Of a stretch of 64,000 bases of DNA, positions 28,160 through 41,765 are shown one piece after another. Both the position numbers and the translations under genes were made by a program. The notes under the pieces are model-generated. The model made no database searches. It was not told the DNA's origin and was given only the letters and a program-made list of their open reading frames with translations. Source of the DNA: Camelus ferus (Eukaryota); NCBI RefSeq assembly GCF_009834535.1, contig NC_045697.1, positions 87,050,001 to 87,114,000 on the forward strand, given 5' to 3'. How positions within the stretch are numbered: the first letter of the stretch is position 1; each line of letters opens with the position of its first letter.

Positions 28160-29621
28160 GACACTTGTTAGCTTCTTGTAGAACACATTTCTTTTGTGAA
28201 TGTAGGCTGAGAAACAATACGCTGGAAATAAGAACATCTCCAAGGACTAGCTGCCGGTTTAGGCTGCTTAATGTGATGTTGAATCCTTTTTGAAACATTT
28301 TCTAACTTACTACTAAAAGTTTGACTTTGGGGTTTTTTAGAAGCTCTATAGCAGAACACGATAATTTCGTATGAATAATTTGACAAACGGAGTTAGAATA
28401 GAGAATGATTGATGTTGGGTTAGTAGAAACTTTTCATGTCTGTGGAACTTGTGGTCTTAAGTTTGGGCACATTGACTGGTATGAATACTTTTTTTGCAGG
28501 ATTTATGTGTACTTCATTTGGTGCCATTACGTAATTTAATGGGTCAGGTAGATGCCTAATCATCAAATGTTACATGTAAAAATTTTGGGGGATAGGGCTA
28601 TAAACTAACTACACCATCCAATAACATTTTTAGTTATTTTAAAAGCTTAGGAACTGAAGAAACATACAGTAAGCTTTTAAACTTAAAGTTACTACCAATG
28701 GAGAATGTGTTTAAACAATGGCTGATCACTCTTGGAATCGTGAGCTGATTTATTCATCACAGGAACCAGGACTGCAACTGCATTTTTGCTTTAATGAAAG
28801 ATTTTTTTCCTTTATTTTCTTTTGATACAGTATTTACAATTCATGGACTTGTGCCATTTTCCATTTGGCACTTTATTATTTGGCCTGCGGCCATGGTGCA
28901 CTGTGATGTTACTCATGAGGTCCAGAGTGATTAGCCCTGGTCAGAGTACTTTCTTACATTGCTTTTCATGCTCACTTCAGATTGTAAAAATATTCCTGAG
29001 AAGTCAACATTTCTGTAATTAGATTCCCCTAAACATCACTCTTCTAGCCATTATATCTACAAAAATATCTCCAAATTATTTCTGCAAAAGATTTGATATT
29101 TATTTTGCTATAGAAAACCTGTTCCAAGTAGCTAGTTAATTGCAAACATTTTTAATAGTAAATTGAGCATTCAGCATCTTTTGAGAGAAGGTTTTGGTGT
29201 GTGAAATTAAACCTTCTAAATCACACTTGCCTAATTTAAGTTTGAAAGAAATGTCTTAAGATGGGAATGTTGCCAATTATAATATAACGCATTATTAATT
29301 TCAGGAGACCACAAGTGTTAGCCACTTACTTAAATGTAATGTTTCCTTTTTTTGGACTTTTCTGAATTGGTGATTATACCAAATGATATATTAAAAGTCA
29401 AATGTATTTTACAGTTAATTGGTGATGAAAGACAGATGTATTTCTTTACTCTAGGAATCCTTAGAATCTTTGAATATGCTAATAAGCATTGTGAAATTTC
29501 AGTTTTTCACCCAGAGGTAACTTTTAATATTTTGTTATAGTTCTAATAGCTTTTTTAGAATTTTATAAAATTTTTTGTGCATGTAGGTATTTTAATATTA
29601 TTAATCTTAAGGTATATATAA

Positions 29622-31667
29622 TTTTTTTTAAACTTTTTTATTGATTTATACTCATTTTACAATGTTGTGTCAAATTCCAGTGTAGAGCACAAATTTTCAG
29701 TTATATGTGAACATATATATATTCATTGTCACATTTTTTTCTCTGTGAGCTACCATAAGATCTTGTATATATTTCCCTGTGCTATACAGTGTAATCTTGT
29801 TTATCTATTCTACAATTTTGAAATCGCAGTCTATCTCTTCCCACCCTCCACCCCCTTGGCAACCACAAGTTTGTATTTTATGTCTGTGAGTCTATTTCTG
29901 TTTTGTATTTATGCTTTTGTTTGTTTTTTTGTTTGTTTGTTTTTTTAGATTCCACATATGAGCGATCTCATATGGTATTTTTCTTTCTCTTTCTGGCTTA
30001 CTTCACTTAGAATGACATTCTCCAGGAGGATCCATGTTGCTGCAAATGGTGTTATGTTGTCAGTTTTTATGGCTGAGTAGTATTCCATCGTATAAATGTA
30101 CCACATCTTCTTTACCCAGTCGTCTGTTGTTGGACATTTAGGCTGTTTCCATGTCTTGGCTATTGTAAATAATGCTGCTATGAACACTGGTGTGCAGGTG
30201 TCATTTTGAAGTAGGGTTCCTTCTGGATATATGCCCAGGAGCGGGATTCCTGGGTCATATGGTAAGTCTATTTCTAGTCTTTTGAGGAATCTCCATACTG
30301 TTTTCCCCAATGGCTGCAACAAACTGCATTCCCACCAGCAGTGTAGGAGGGTTCCCTTTTCTCCACAGCCTCTCCAGCATTTGTCATTTGTGGACTTTTG
30401 AATGATGGCTGTTGTGACTGGTGTGAGGTGATACCTCATCATAGTTTTGATTTGCATTTCTCTGATAATTAGTAATATGGAGCATTTTTTCATGTGCCTA
30501 TTGATCATTTGTATGTCTTCCTTGGAGAATTGCTTGTTTAGGTCTTCTGCCCATTTTTGGATTGGGTTATTTTTTTCTTAAGTCATATGAACTGCTTATA
30601 TATTCTGGAGATCAAGCCTTTGTTGGTTTCATTTGCAAAAATTTTTTCCCATTCCATAAGTTGTCTTTTTGTTTTACTTATGGTTTCCTTTGCTGTGCAG
30701 AAGCTTGTAAGTTTCATTAGGTCCCATTTGTTTATTCTTGCTTTTATTTCTATTGCTTGAGTAGACTGTTCTAGGAGAACATTTTTGAGATGTATGTCAG
30801 ATAATGTTTTGCCTATATTTTCCTCTAGGAGGTTTATTGTATCTTGTCTTATGTTTAAGTCTTTGATCCATTTTGAGTTTATTTTTGTGTATGGTGTAAG
30901 GGAGTGTTCTAGCTTCATTGTTTTACATGCTGCTGTCCAGTTTTCCCAACACCATTTGCTGAAGAGACTGTCTTTATTCCATTGTATATTCTTGCCTCCT
31001 TTGTCGAAGATTAGTTGACCAAAAGTTTGTGGGTTCATTTCTGCGCTCTCTGTTCTGTTCCATTGGTCCATATGTCTGTTTTTGTACCAATACCATGCTG
31101 TCTTGATGACTGTAGCTCTATAGTATTGTCTGAAGTCTGGGAGAGTTATTCCTCCAGACTCTTTCTTTCTCTTCAGTAATGCTTTGGCAATTCTAGGTCT
31201 TTGATGGTTCCATATAAATTTAATTATGATTTGTTCTAGTTCTGTGAAGTATGTCCTGAGTAATTTGATAGGGATTGCATTAAATAAATAGATTGTCTTG
31301 GACAGTGTGACCATTTTAACAATATTGATTCTTCCAATCCAAGAGCATGGAATATCTTTCCATTTTTTAAAGTCTTCTTTAATTTCCTTCATCAGTGGTT
31401 TATAGTTTTCTGTGTATAATTCTTTCACCTCCTTGGTTAGATTTATTCCTAGGTATTTTATTACTTTGGGTGCTATTTTAAAGGGGATTGTTTCTTTACT
31501 TTCTTTTTCTGTTGATTCATCGTTAGTGTAAAGAAATGCAACTGATTTTTGAACGTTAATCTTGTAACCTGCTACCTTGCTGAATTCTTTGATCAGCTCT
31601 AGTAGTTTTTGTGTGGACCTTTTAGGGTTTTCTGTATATAGTAACATGTCATCGGCATATAGTGACA
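29622..31667 (-). mobile_element. Young 5'-truncated L1 (ORF2 from YADD to the C-terminus, plus 3' UTR and tail)
   Basis: 361-aa open frame 30583-31668 starting at SLYADD, and 187-aa frame 29945-30508 with [18 protein letters not shown]. One break between them. TSD cttaaggtatatata (29606-29620) / cttagggtatgtata (31668-31682). Confidence 0.95.
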
Positions 31668-34140
31668 CTTAGGGTATGTATAGTTTTATACTCTGCTTTT
31701 TTCACTAAAAGTTATATGGTAAACGTCTTACTCTAAAATTTTTGGCAAACATCTTGTTAATAGTAGCATAATAGACTATATGTGGATAAACTGTAATTGT
31801 TTTATCCTTCTTCCATTCTCAAATACATAGGGTATTTTCTGTTTTTCTCTTGTATGATTATAAACTTATTTTTGTCCAGATCTTTGCATTTATGATTCGT
31901 AGGAGTGGAATTACTAGACTAAAATATGTGATTTTTAAATCTTGTGACAAGTATCATCAAATTTTTTTTCCCCAGAAAGATTTTTCTAATTTATAAGCAT
32001 GTGATGAAAATGTAAAATCACCAAGAGCTTAAGCAAAATCTCATTTTATTTTCACTTTAGTCCTTTTCTCTAATTTTTACTTTCCACTAGTTTATTTTCT
32101 TGACCAAAATTTTCTTTATTTCTTGGAATAATATTTTTTATAGTAATACTTATTTCTTAGATAAGTTTTAGATGAAGAGATTTTAAAAAGAAAATGGAAA
32201 GAAACTATCAGTTACATATCTTCTCCCTATAAAAATGTTAAATTTTTAGATAAAAGGGTATAGCTGAATGATTTTCTAATGCATTTTAAGTTCCATAAGA
32301 GCAGAGGTTCTTTTTGTTTTTATCTTTAGTACTTAGCATAGGATTAGCACATACTAGATGTCCAGTCAATATTTGATGAATAAATAAGTGAATAACTATA
32401 ATTTTCATGGAAAAAATAATTGATGCTCAATTCCAGATATTTGAGAAATACTTGAAAAAGGTTATCTTCCTTCTGTACCAAAGTCCAATATAAGCTGTTA
32501 CTACCCTTATGTAACTTTCTTCAGATTTTTCATGTTTTATAAAGCAACTGATTTCTTCAGTGAATTTTAACAATTTTGGAATACAGATGCCTATAATAGT
32601 GCTGACCTGCCTACTCTGGAGGGGTATACAGTAATTCTTTATATTTTTTGTGGAATATGTTGCTTCTTTGACCTACTATTAAAAAATCCTCCTTTTATTA
32701 AGGTAAACAAAGAAAAATAGTGTTTTTAATATTTATACTTATATATTATCTTTGCAATAAGTCATTTTTTATACATCATAACATCACTGATACATGACAT
32801 TCTTAACCAAATATATACAAGTTTATTGGCATCAAGTTTATGTAATTCATTTATGTATCTTAGCTTCCTCCCCACCGCATGCCACTTTCCCAACTTCAAT
32901 TTATGTAGTTTTAGGTTGTCCCTTACTGTTTGGAAATAATCCAAATATGTATATTTTTGATATTACCTTTGGACTGCAGTTTTCAGAATTTGGACCATTG
33001 GTTTAAAATAAGCTAAAAGCCAATAAAAAAAAAATAGAACTCTACTTTCATATGAACCTACTGTTGTAAAGTGAACTGCAACCAAAGCTTCAGGACTATA
33101 TAGTCCCGAACCTGTAAGCTTGGATCCTGGTTAGATGTAGAGGTAGTTGTGATCAGATTGTCTACCAAGTGTCATTAGTTAAATGAACATTTTTCATTTA
33201 CTCTCATTTTAAAAAGTAGTAAACCACTTAATTATATGAATAATTACAAGGCTGTCTGTTTCACTAGTTACATATTCAAAATTTGGTGATGTATTTTTAT
33301 TTGGCACTTTTTCAGGTGAGATTGGAACATCAGAATGTAATGAGCCAGTTGAATTTCTTAGGATGCGCTCATTAGCATTACTTTATTGGTGCAGAGATTT
33401 GAGTTAAATAGTTTAATTGACCACAGTTACATTTCACTTTTCATGTAGCTTCAGGATAATTTGAAGGAATTTGAGTTTCTAATTTTTTAAAATAGTACTA
33501 TATTCTATGTTTTCTTTGTTCTTACAGACTCAAAGGGTTGAGGGTTTCTGTGATACTTTACTAAATAACAGATCACTTTTTTTGGAATAGATAGTACAAC
33601 CTGTGGAAATTCTATTAATTCCATATTGGCTCTTGGCAGGGCTTTTGAATTCAGTTTCTTTTGATTTTGCTTCTTGTTGTCTAGACAGAAGAGTGTCTTC
33701 TATCACTCCCAAGATCCTAGTCTTCCCTGCCAACTTCTCTTGTGCATTTTTATAGTTTTAAGTAATAACAATTGAACAGGAAAGCACATTTGGGAAAGTA
33801 GATTACTTTTAACCAGGAAATACTCTGTGCCAAAATCAAGATTGTAGTTTTAACCTTATTAAATATTGTCGAAGTTTAACTCTTTCATTCCAGTTTTCTT
33901 TTTACCCCTTACTTTTCTCAGGCTTCAGGAGGAGAAATGAGAAGATACAAAAGTTAGTGGAAGGATCACCAATTTCTGTACTCAGTCCTGATCCTGGTTA
34001 ACTTTGATGAATTTGAACACTCTTTCTTTCAGATTATAAATAGAAAACTCATAATGCAGTTTCTGATGAATGTCTTCTTTTAAATCTGTAAATAAAGTTA
34101 AGGTTGTCCACGCGTGTGTATAGATGAGCAGTACTCAGTA

Positions 34141-36477
34141 CAAGCACAACTCATTTTGGTGTGCTTCCCTTTATTGTGCTTTACAGATGTTTTTCACAAA
34201 TTGAAATTTTGTGGCAACCATGCAACAAGCAAGTCTTTCAGAGCCATTTTTCTAACAACATTTTCTCAGTTTGTGTCTCTGTTACATTTTGGTAATTACT
34301 GCAATATTTCAGACTTTTTCATTATTATATTTGTTATGGTAATCTGTGATCAATGATCTTTGATGTTACTATTATAATTGTTTTAGGGCACCACAAACTG
34401 TGCCCATATAAGATGATGAACTTAACTGATAATTATTGTATGTTCTGGCTGCTCCACTGACCAGCTGTTTACCCACTTCGCTTCCTCTTCTTGGGTCTCT
34501 CTGTTCTCTGAGACACAACAATATTGAAATTAGGCCAATGAATAACACTGCAATGGCCTCTGAGTATTCAAGTGAAAGACAGAGTTACATCTCTCACTGT
34601 CAGTCAAAAGCTAGAAATGATTAAGCTTAGTGAAGAAGGCATGTAGAAAGCCAAGACAGGCCAAGAGCTAGGTCTTTTATGCCAGTCAAATTGTGACTTC
34701 AAAGGAAAAGTTCTAGAAGGAAATTAAAACTGCTACTCCAGTGGACACATGAGTAAGAAAGTAAAACAGCCTTACTGCTGACATGGAGAAAGTTTTAGTG
34801 GTCTGCATAGAAAATCAAACCAGCTAGAACATTCCTTGAAGCCAAAGCCTAAGCCATAGCAAATCCCAAACTCTCTTCAATTCTGTGAAAGGTGAGAGTG
34901 GTGAGGGAGTTGCAGAAGAAAAGTTTGAAGCTAGCTGAGGTTTGTTAATGATGTTTAAGGAAAGAACCTGTCTCCATAACATTGAAGTGCAAGGTAAAGC
35001 AGCAAGTGCTGATACAGAAGCTGCAGCAAGTTATCTAGGAGATCTAGCTAAGATAACGAATGAAGGTGGCTACACTAACCAACAGATTATCATTGTAGAT
35101 GAAACAGTCTTATACTGGAAGAAGATGCCATATAGGAGTTTCATAGCTAGAGAGGAGAAGTCACTACCTGGCTTGAAAGCTTCAAAGGATAGGCTGACTC
35201 TTGTCACGGGCTAATGCAGCTGGTGACTTAACATTAAAGCCAGTGCTCATTTACCTTTCCAAAAATCCTAGGGTCCTTGAGAAATACGCTGAATCTACTC
35301 TGCTTGTGCTCTATAATTGGAAAAACAAAGCCCAGATCACAACACGTCTGTCTACAACAGGGTTTGCTGAATAGTTTATGCACACTATTGGGACCTAATG
35401 CTCAGGAAAAAAAAAAGATTCCTTTCAGAATATTACGGCTCATTGACAATGCACCTGATTACCCAAACGTTCTGATGGAGATGTACAAAATCAGTGTTTT
35501 CATGCCTGCTAACACAATATCCATTCTGTAGCCCATGGACCAAGGCATCATTTTGACTTTCAAGTCTTAAATAAGAAGTATATTTTGTAATTCTTCTGAT
35601 GGATCTGGACAAAATTAATTGAAAACCTTCTGAGAAGGATTCAGCATTCTACATGCCATTAAGAACGTTCATGAGAAGAGGTTAAAATACCAGCATTCAT
35701 AGGAGTTTGGAATAAGCTGATTCCAACCCTTATGGGTGACTTTGAGGGGTTCAAGACTTAGGTGGAGGAAGTAACTGAAAATGTGGTAGAAATAGCAAGA
35801 GAACTAGAAGTGGAACCTGAAGATGTGACTGAATTGCTGCAATCTCATGAGAAAACTTGAGTGGATGAGAAATTGCTTCCTATGGATGAGCAAAGAAAGT
35901 GATTTCTTGTGATGAAATATACTGGTAAAGATTCTGTGAAGATTGTTGATAATGGCAACAAAGGTTTAAGAATATGAAATAAACTTAGTTGATAAAGCAG
36001 CGGTAGGGTTTAAGAAGATTGACTCCAGCTTAGAAAGAAATTCTACAGTGGGTAAAATGCTTTGAAACATTACATACTGCAGAGAAATTGTTCATGAAAG
36101 GAAGAATCAATTGATGTGGCAAACTTCATTGTTGTCTTATTTTAAGAAATTGCCACAGCCACCCCAATCGTAAGCAACCGCTGCCCTGATGACTCAGCAG
36201 GCATCAAGATCAAGACAAGACTCTCCACCAGCAAAAGATTATGACTTGCTGAGGGCTCAGATGATGATTAGCATTTTTAGCAAAAAAGTATTTTTAAATT
36301 AAGGTATGTGTTTTTTTTAGACATTATGCTATTGCATACTTACTGGACTACAATATAGTATAAACATAACTTTCATATGCTCTGGGAAACCAAAAGATTC
36401 AGGCCTCATTTTATTGTACTGTTCTCTTTAATGAAGTGAGCTTGAATGGAACCCACAATATCTCTGAGGTATGCCTA
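34141..36477 (+). mobile_element. Tigger1 DNA transposon, near full length, transposase inactivated
   Basis: TA, then caagcacaactc...; right end tctctgaggtatgcct. Pogo-type transposase fragments ([11 protein letters not shown]...SKDRLTL; LRLIDNAP) broken by stops and frameshifts. Confidence 0.93.
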
Positions 36478-36611
36478 CAAATACTTGATGAGTGTTTGCT
36501 AAAAGCACAGAATTTCATTTACAGTAAATAAATCATCGGTAGGGTTAATGCAGTTCTTTTGTGGTACTACCTTTACTTCATCTTACACAGATATGCAATG
36601 ATTGCATACTC

Positions 36612-37745
36612 TTTTTTAGAAATTTTTTATCGAAGTATAGTGGATTTACAATGTTGTGTTGCTTTCTGGTTTATAGCATAGTGGTTCAGTTATACCTAAA
36701 TATATTTTTCATATTCTTTTTTCATTATAGGTTATTAGAAGATATTGAATGTAGTTCTCTGTGCTACACATTAGGACCTTGTTGTTTATCTGCTTTATAT
36801 ATAGCAATTTGTATCTGCTAATCTTAAACTCTTTGATTTATCTCTCCCTCCCCCTTTTCCCCTTTGGTAACCATAAATTTGTTTTCTATGCCTGTGAGTC
36901 TGTTTCTATTTTGTAAATAAGTTTATTTGTATCTTTTTTTTAGATTCCACATAAAAGTGATATCATATGATATTTGTCTTTCTCTGTCTGACTTACTTTA
37001 CTTAATATGATAATCTCTAGGTCCATCCATGTTGCTGCAGATGGCATTATTTCATTCTTTTTTGGCTGAGTAGTATTCCATTGTGTGTGTGTGTGTGTGT
37101 GTCTGTGTGTGTGTGTATGTATACATACATATATATATATATATATACACCACATCTTTTTTATCCAGTCATCTGTGGTGGACGTTTAGGTTGTTTCCAT
37201 GTCTTGGCTATTGTAAATAGTGCTGCTCTGGACACTGGGGTGCATGTATCTTTTTGAATTAGAGCTTTCTCCAGATATATGCCCAGAAGTGGGACTGCTG
37301 GATCATATGGTAACTCTAGTTTTTTAGGGAATCTCCGTACTATTTTCCATAGGGACTGCACCAAATTACAGTCCCACCAACAATGTAGGAGAGTTCCCTT
37401 TTCTCCACGCCCTCTCCAGCGTTTATCATTTGTGAACTTTTTAATGATGGCCATTCTGACTGGTGTGAGATGATACCTCATTGTAGTTTTGACTTGCAGT
37501 TCTCTGATAATTAGCAATATTGAGCACTTTTTCATGTGCCAATTGGTCATCTGTATATCTTCTTTGGAGAAATGTCTATTTAAGTCTTCTGCTTATTTTT
37601 TCATTGGGGTGTTTTTTGTTATTGAGTTGTATGAGCTGTTTGTATATTCTGGATATTAAGCCCTTGTCAGTTGCGTTGTTTGCAAATATTTTCTCACAGT
37701 CTGTAAGTTGTCTTTTCATTTTGTTGATGATTTCCTTCCTGATGG
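36612..37745 (-). mobile_element. 5'-truncated L1 3' end (intermediate age)
   Basis: ORF2 C-terminal peptides at 37161-37550 and 36940-37155, 3' UTR, T-rich tail. Confidence 0.9.
37082..37147. repeat. Compound (TG)n(TA)n microsatellite inside the L1
   Basis: Read directly. Confidence 0.9.
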
Positions 37746-40340
37746 TCAAATATATATGATTTGCAAATATTGTCCTCCACTCAGTGAGCTGCCTATTTTC
37801 ACTTTCTTGATAGTGTCTTTGGAGCATAGAAGTTTTTAATTTTGAGGAAGTCTGGTGTATCTATTTTTTCTTTTCTTATATGTATTTTTTGTGTCACATT
37901 TGAGAAACTATAGTCAAATCGAAGGTCAGGAGGATTTACCTTAACTTTTCTTTTAGAGCTTACAGTTTCAGCTTGTACATTTAGGTCCTTGGTTAATATA
38001 TTTTTTTTCCTCCACAGGTTGGAACCCTGCTCTTTTGTGTGTAACCATAGGACTGTAGAAACTCTAGCTATAGCTTAGAGTCATAAGAACCATATCTGGG
38101 GAAAGATTTTTTTTTTTTAACTATGGTAAATATGTATAACATAAAATTCACTGTTTTAACCATTCTTAAGTGTATAATTTGTTGGCATTAAGTATATTCA
38201 TATTGCTATGCAGTCATCACCAGTCATTTTCAGAACTGTTTCCTCTTCTCAAACAGAAACTCTGTACCCATTCAACACTCTTTGTTCCCTCCCTCACTAT
38301 TAGGTATTGAAGATGTCCTTTATTAAATTATGTTTCTTTCTATTCCTAGTTTGCTGAGGTGTTTTTTTTTTTTTTTTTAATCATGGATGGCTGTTGAATT
38401 CTGTTGAATGCTTTTCTTGCATCTATTAAAATGATCATGTGGTTTTTCTTAGTCTGCCTATATGGTGAATTACATTGATTTTTTTTAAGTGTTAATTGGT
38501 CTTGTATTCCTGGATGAACTCCACTTGGCTGTGATATAGTATCCTTTTTATATATTGCTGGATTCTATTTGCTGATATTTTGTTGAGAATTTTTACGTGT
38601 TCATGAGAGAGATTGGCCTGTAATTTTCCTGTAATGTTTTTGTCTGGTTTTGGGATTAGGATAATGTTGGCGTTACAGAACGAGTTGGGAAGTGTTCTCT
38701 CTTCATTTATTTGTTAGAAGAAATTGTGTAGAATTAGTACTATTTCTCCGTTAAATGTTCTTCATTGAAACCATCTGGGCCTGAAATTGTCATTATTTGG
38801 TAGGCTTAAGTTAAATTTAATTTTTTAGTAAATCTCAGACTATTCAGGTTATCCATTTTTTTCTTGAGTGAGTTTTGGTAGTTTGTATCTTTTAAGGAAT
38901 TAAGCCATTTAACCTTCATTTTTTGATATGTGTACATACAGTTCATAGTCTTGCTTATTATGTTTTTACTGTCTGCAGGATGAGTAGTGATGTTTTATCT
39001 TTCATTTCTGATACTGGTTTCTTGGTATATTCTTTTTTTCATGATCAATCTGCCTTGATGTCGGTTTTATATTTGATATTTTGATCATTTCAAATTATGA
39101 GCATTTTGTTTTTCTGGTTTTGATTTCACTGATTTCTGCTGTCATCTTTATTATTTCCTTCCTGCTATTTACATTAGGCTTCATTTGCTCTTCTTCCTTT
39201 AGTTTAAGGTGGGAACTGTAGTTAGTGATGTATTTTTCTCTTTTCTAGGTCTGTGTTCAATGCCGTAGACAATCATTAAGCATTGCTTTAGCTGCATTCA
39301 CATGTTTGCTGTGTTGTATTTTTATTTCTATTTAGTTCAAAATATTTTTTTTAATTTCCCATGAGACATCTTTAACTTAACATAGTCTGCCTTCAAGTGG
39401 AAATATATCACATTTATGGTGTAAGAACCTTAAAACAGTATCCTTCCATTGGCTCCTTCCTGGCTTTTGTACTATTGTCATACATTTTACTTTTACATAT
39501 GTTTTAAACCCCAGAGCACACTGTCATCATTTTTGCTCTAAACGGTATTTCCTTTTGAAGAGATTTAACTAATAATAAAAAAAGATCTTTATATTTACAC
39601 AAAGTAGTTACCATTTCCAGCTCTCTTTAGTCTTTTGTGTAGATTCAGGTTTCCATCTGGTATCATTTTCCTTCTTCCTGAAAGGCTTACTTTAACATTT
39701 CCTGTATTGCAGGTGTGCTGGTCATGAATTCTTCAAGTTTTTGCATGTCTCAAAAGAGTCATTATTTTATTTTTGCTTTAGAAAGATATTTTTATTGGAT
39801 AAAGAATTTAGATTGATAGTGACTGCCCTCTCCCCGCCCAGTTCTTTAATGATTTTGCTTCATTCTCTTCCTTTTTGCATTATTTTTGAAAAAAAAAAAT
39901 CTTCTGTCTCCATTTTCTTTGTTTTCTGTATGTAATATATATTTTTCCCTCTGGTTGCTTTTAAGATTTTCTCTTTATCACTGGTTTTCAGCAATTTAAT
40001 TGTACACTGTGGTCGTTTTCTTCATGCATCTTGTGCTGGTTCATTGATTTTCTTAAATATGTATGTCTATAGTTTTAATCAAATTTGAAAAAAAATTTTG
40101 ACCATTATGTATTTAAATATTTAGTCTGTTTCTTGCTTCCCGCCCTCACTGGAGGCTAAAAATTCACATGTACCTTTGTCTGCTTGAGATTGTTCCAAAG
40201 CTCATTGATGCTGTGTTCATTTTTAAAATTATTCTGCATTCTTTCTCCCTTTGTTTTATTTTGAGGAGTCTCTGTTGCTCTTCCTACCAGTTCATTATCC
40301 TTTTTTCCCCTCTGAAGTGTCTAATTAGCTGTTAATCACT
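37746..40340 (-). mobile_element. Patchwork of old L1M fragments (ORF2, 3' end, ORF1-side sequence)
   Basis: Antisense L1 motifs such as gcttttcttgcatctatt, ttcatgagagagattggcctgtaattttc, gcttttaagattttctctttatcactgg. Confidence 0.7.
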
Positions 40341-40689
40341 CTGTGTCTAGTCACTCTGGGGACACCAGAGTGACTCCAGCCTCTGGCCCACACCTGTAGC
40401 CCCCTCTCATCCCTCCCTTCGCAGTGCAGATGGTGCATTCAAGCCCTCTCCCTGCCCTGCCCTCTGCTTCCCCAGAGAGTGGATCTTAACCTTCCTCCTT
40501 GTATCCCCCAATCCCTGCTGCTATAGGGGGCTAAGTTACCTATATTTTGGAGAGAGAGAACTCTATATTTGTAGGGGATGCCGGGGCCCAGGCTGGATCC
40601 CTATCTCTTATATAAATTGTACAGACTGTGAAAAAAATACAACCAAAATACCCCTATAATTTCTGATTAAACCTGTCTTGAACATTATC

Positions 40690-41000
40690 TATATATTTAC
40701 TAAACTCTGTACTTTATCTGGATTTCATTAGTTCCACCAGTGTCCCTTGTCTATTTCAGGATCCTAAGCCATCACATTACATTTAGTTGTCATGTATTCG
40801 TACGCTTCTCTGGACTGTGACAATGTTTCTGTCCTTTTCTTGTTTTTGATGGCCTTGACAGTTTTGAGGCATACTGGCTAGGTCTTTTGTAAATTGCCTC
40901 TCAATTTGAGTTTGGCTGATGTCTTTATATGGTTAGCCTGGTTTTGTGGGATTTTAGGAGGAAGACCAAAGAAGTGAAATGCCATTCTTATCATAGTTTA
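40690..41000 (-). mobile_element. L1MC/L1MD 3' UTR fragment
   Basis: ccttgacagttttgagg...gaagtgaaatgccattcttatcat, reverse-complement related to 56540-56780. Confidence 0.65.
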
Positions 41001-41439
41001 ACAAAGGTATAAAAGAAATTATCTAATATAAAAGTCCTCCAGCTCCTCATGAGTCCTTAACTAGAATTTCGGTTGATGTACTGTTACATACAGACTTTGT
41101 TCTCAATGGCTCTTCTTTTCCATGTTTATCTAATATACAACCCTCCTCCTTTCAGTAGTGTCAAGATCTCTAATGTGTACAACATCGGACTTTTCTAGAG
41201 ACAGCAGGGAAAAGAAGCCAGGAAGTATGATAGTAACTGGTCAACACATAGATGAGGGAAGCTAAAATGGGTCTGCTTTACCAGATTGGAATCTGGAATG
41301 AAAACTAGTCAAGTCCCTCAGTATGACCCTGCCATTATTCTCATATGCATCTCTTCCTTTCCCAAAATGAGCTAAAAGCCAATATTAGGGGCTGCAAATG
41401 GTTTAGTGTCATTCATTCTCTTTAGACTCATCTTTCCTA

Positions 41440-41765
41440 TTCACCTTTCATGTCCCTGCTTAGATATCAGATCTTCTAGAAAGCTGTACTTGACCTTCTA
41501 GGACCCTCCAGTCCATTATGTGCTCTTTGAAACATCCCATACGATTTTTTGTCTAGTCTTTAAACATTTATTAATGTACTTGTTTAATGTCTGCCTCTCC
41601 TTCCAGACTGTAAGCTCCATGATATGGAGACCATGTCAGTCTTGTTCATTCTTTTATCTCATTCTGTATACTCTACCTGTATTCCTAGGGCCTGGCTAAG
41701 CGCTCAGAACCTAACAGCTTTTTGCAGTGAGATGAATATAAATGAGTGAATGAGTGAATAAAACG
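41440..41765 (+). mobile_element. L2 3' end
   Basis: ccagactgtaagctccatga...gggcctggc...gagtgaatgagtgaat tail. Confidence 0.7.

Noticed and set aside
29945..31668. Possible functional reverse transcriptase gene
   Set aside because: 5'-truncated L1 with no promoter, ORF1, endonuclease or N-terminal RT, and a frame break near 30510-30585.
34553..36240. Possible domesticated Tigger transposase (TIGD1-like)
   Set aside because: Many stops and frameshifts; the longest open piece is about 90 aa.
38001..38131. Strong acceptor (ttttttttcctccacag) with ATG|GTAAAT donor, a 108-nt pseudo-exon with an early stop
   Set aside because: Lies between L1 fragments with T-rich ends, where such pseudo-exons are expected by chance; no further support.
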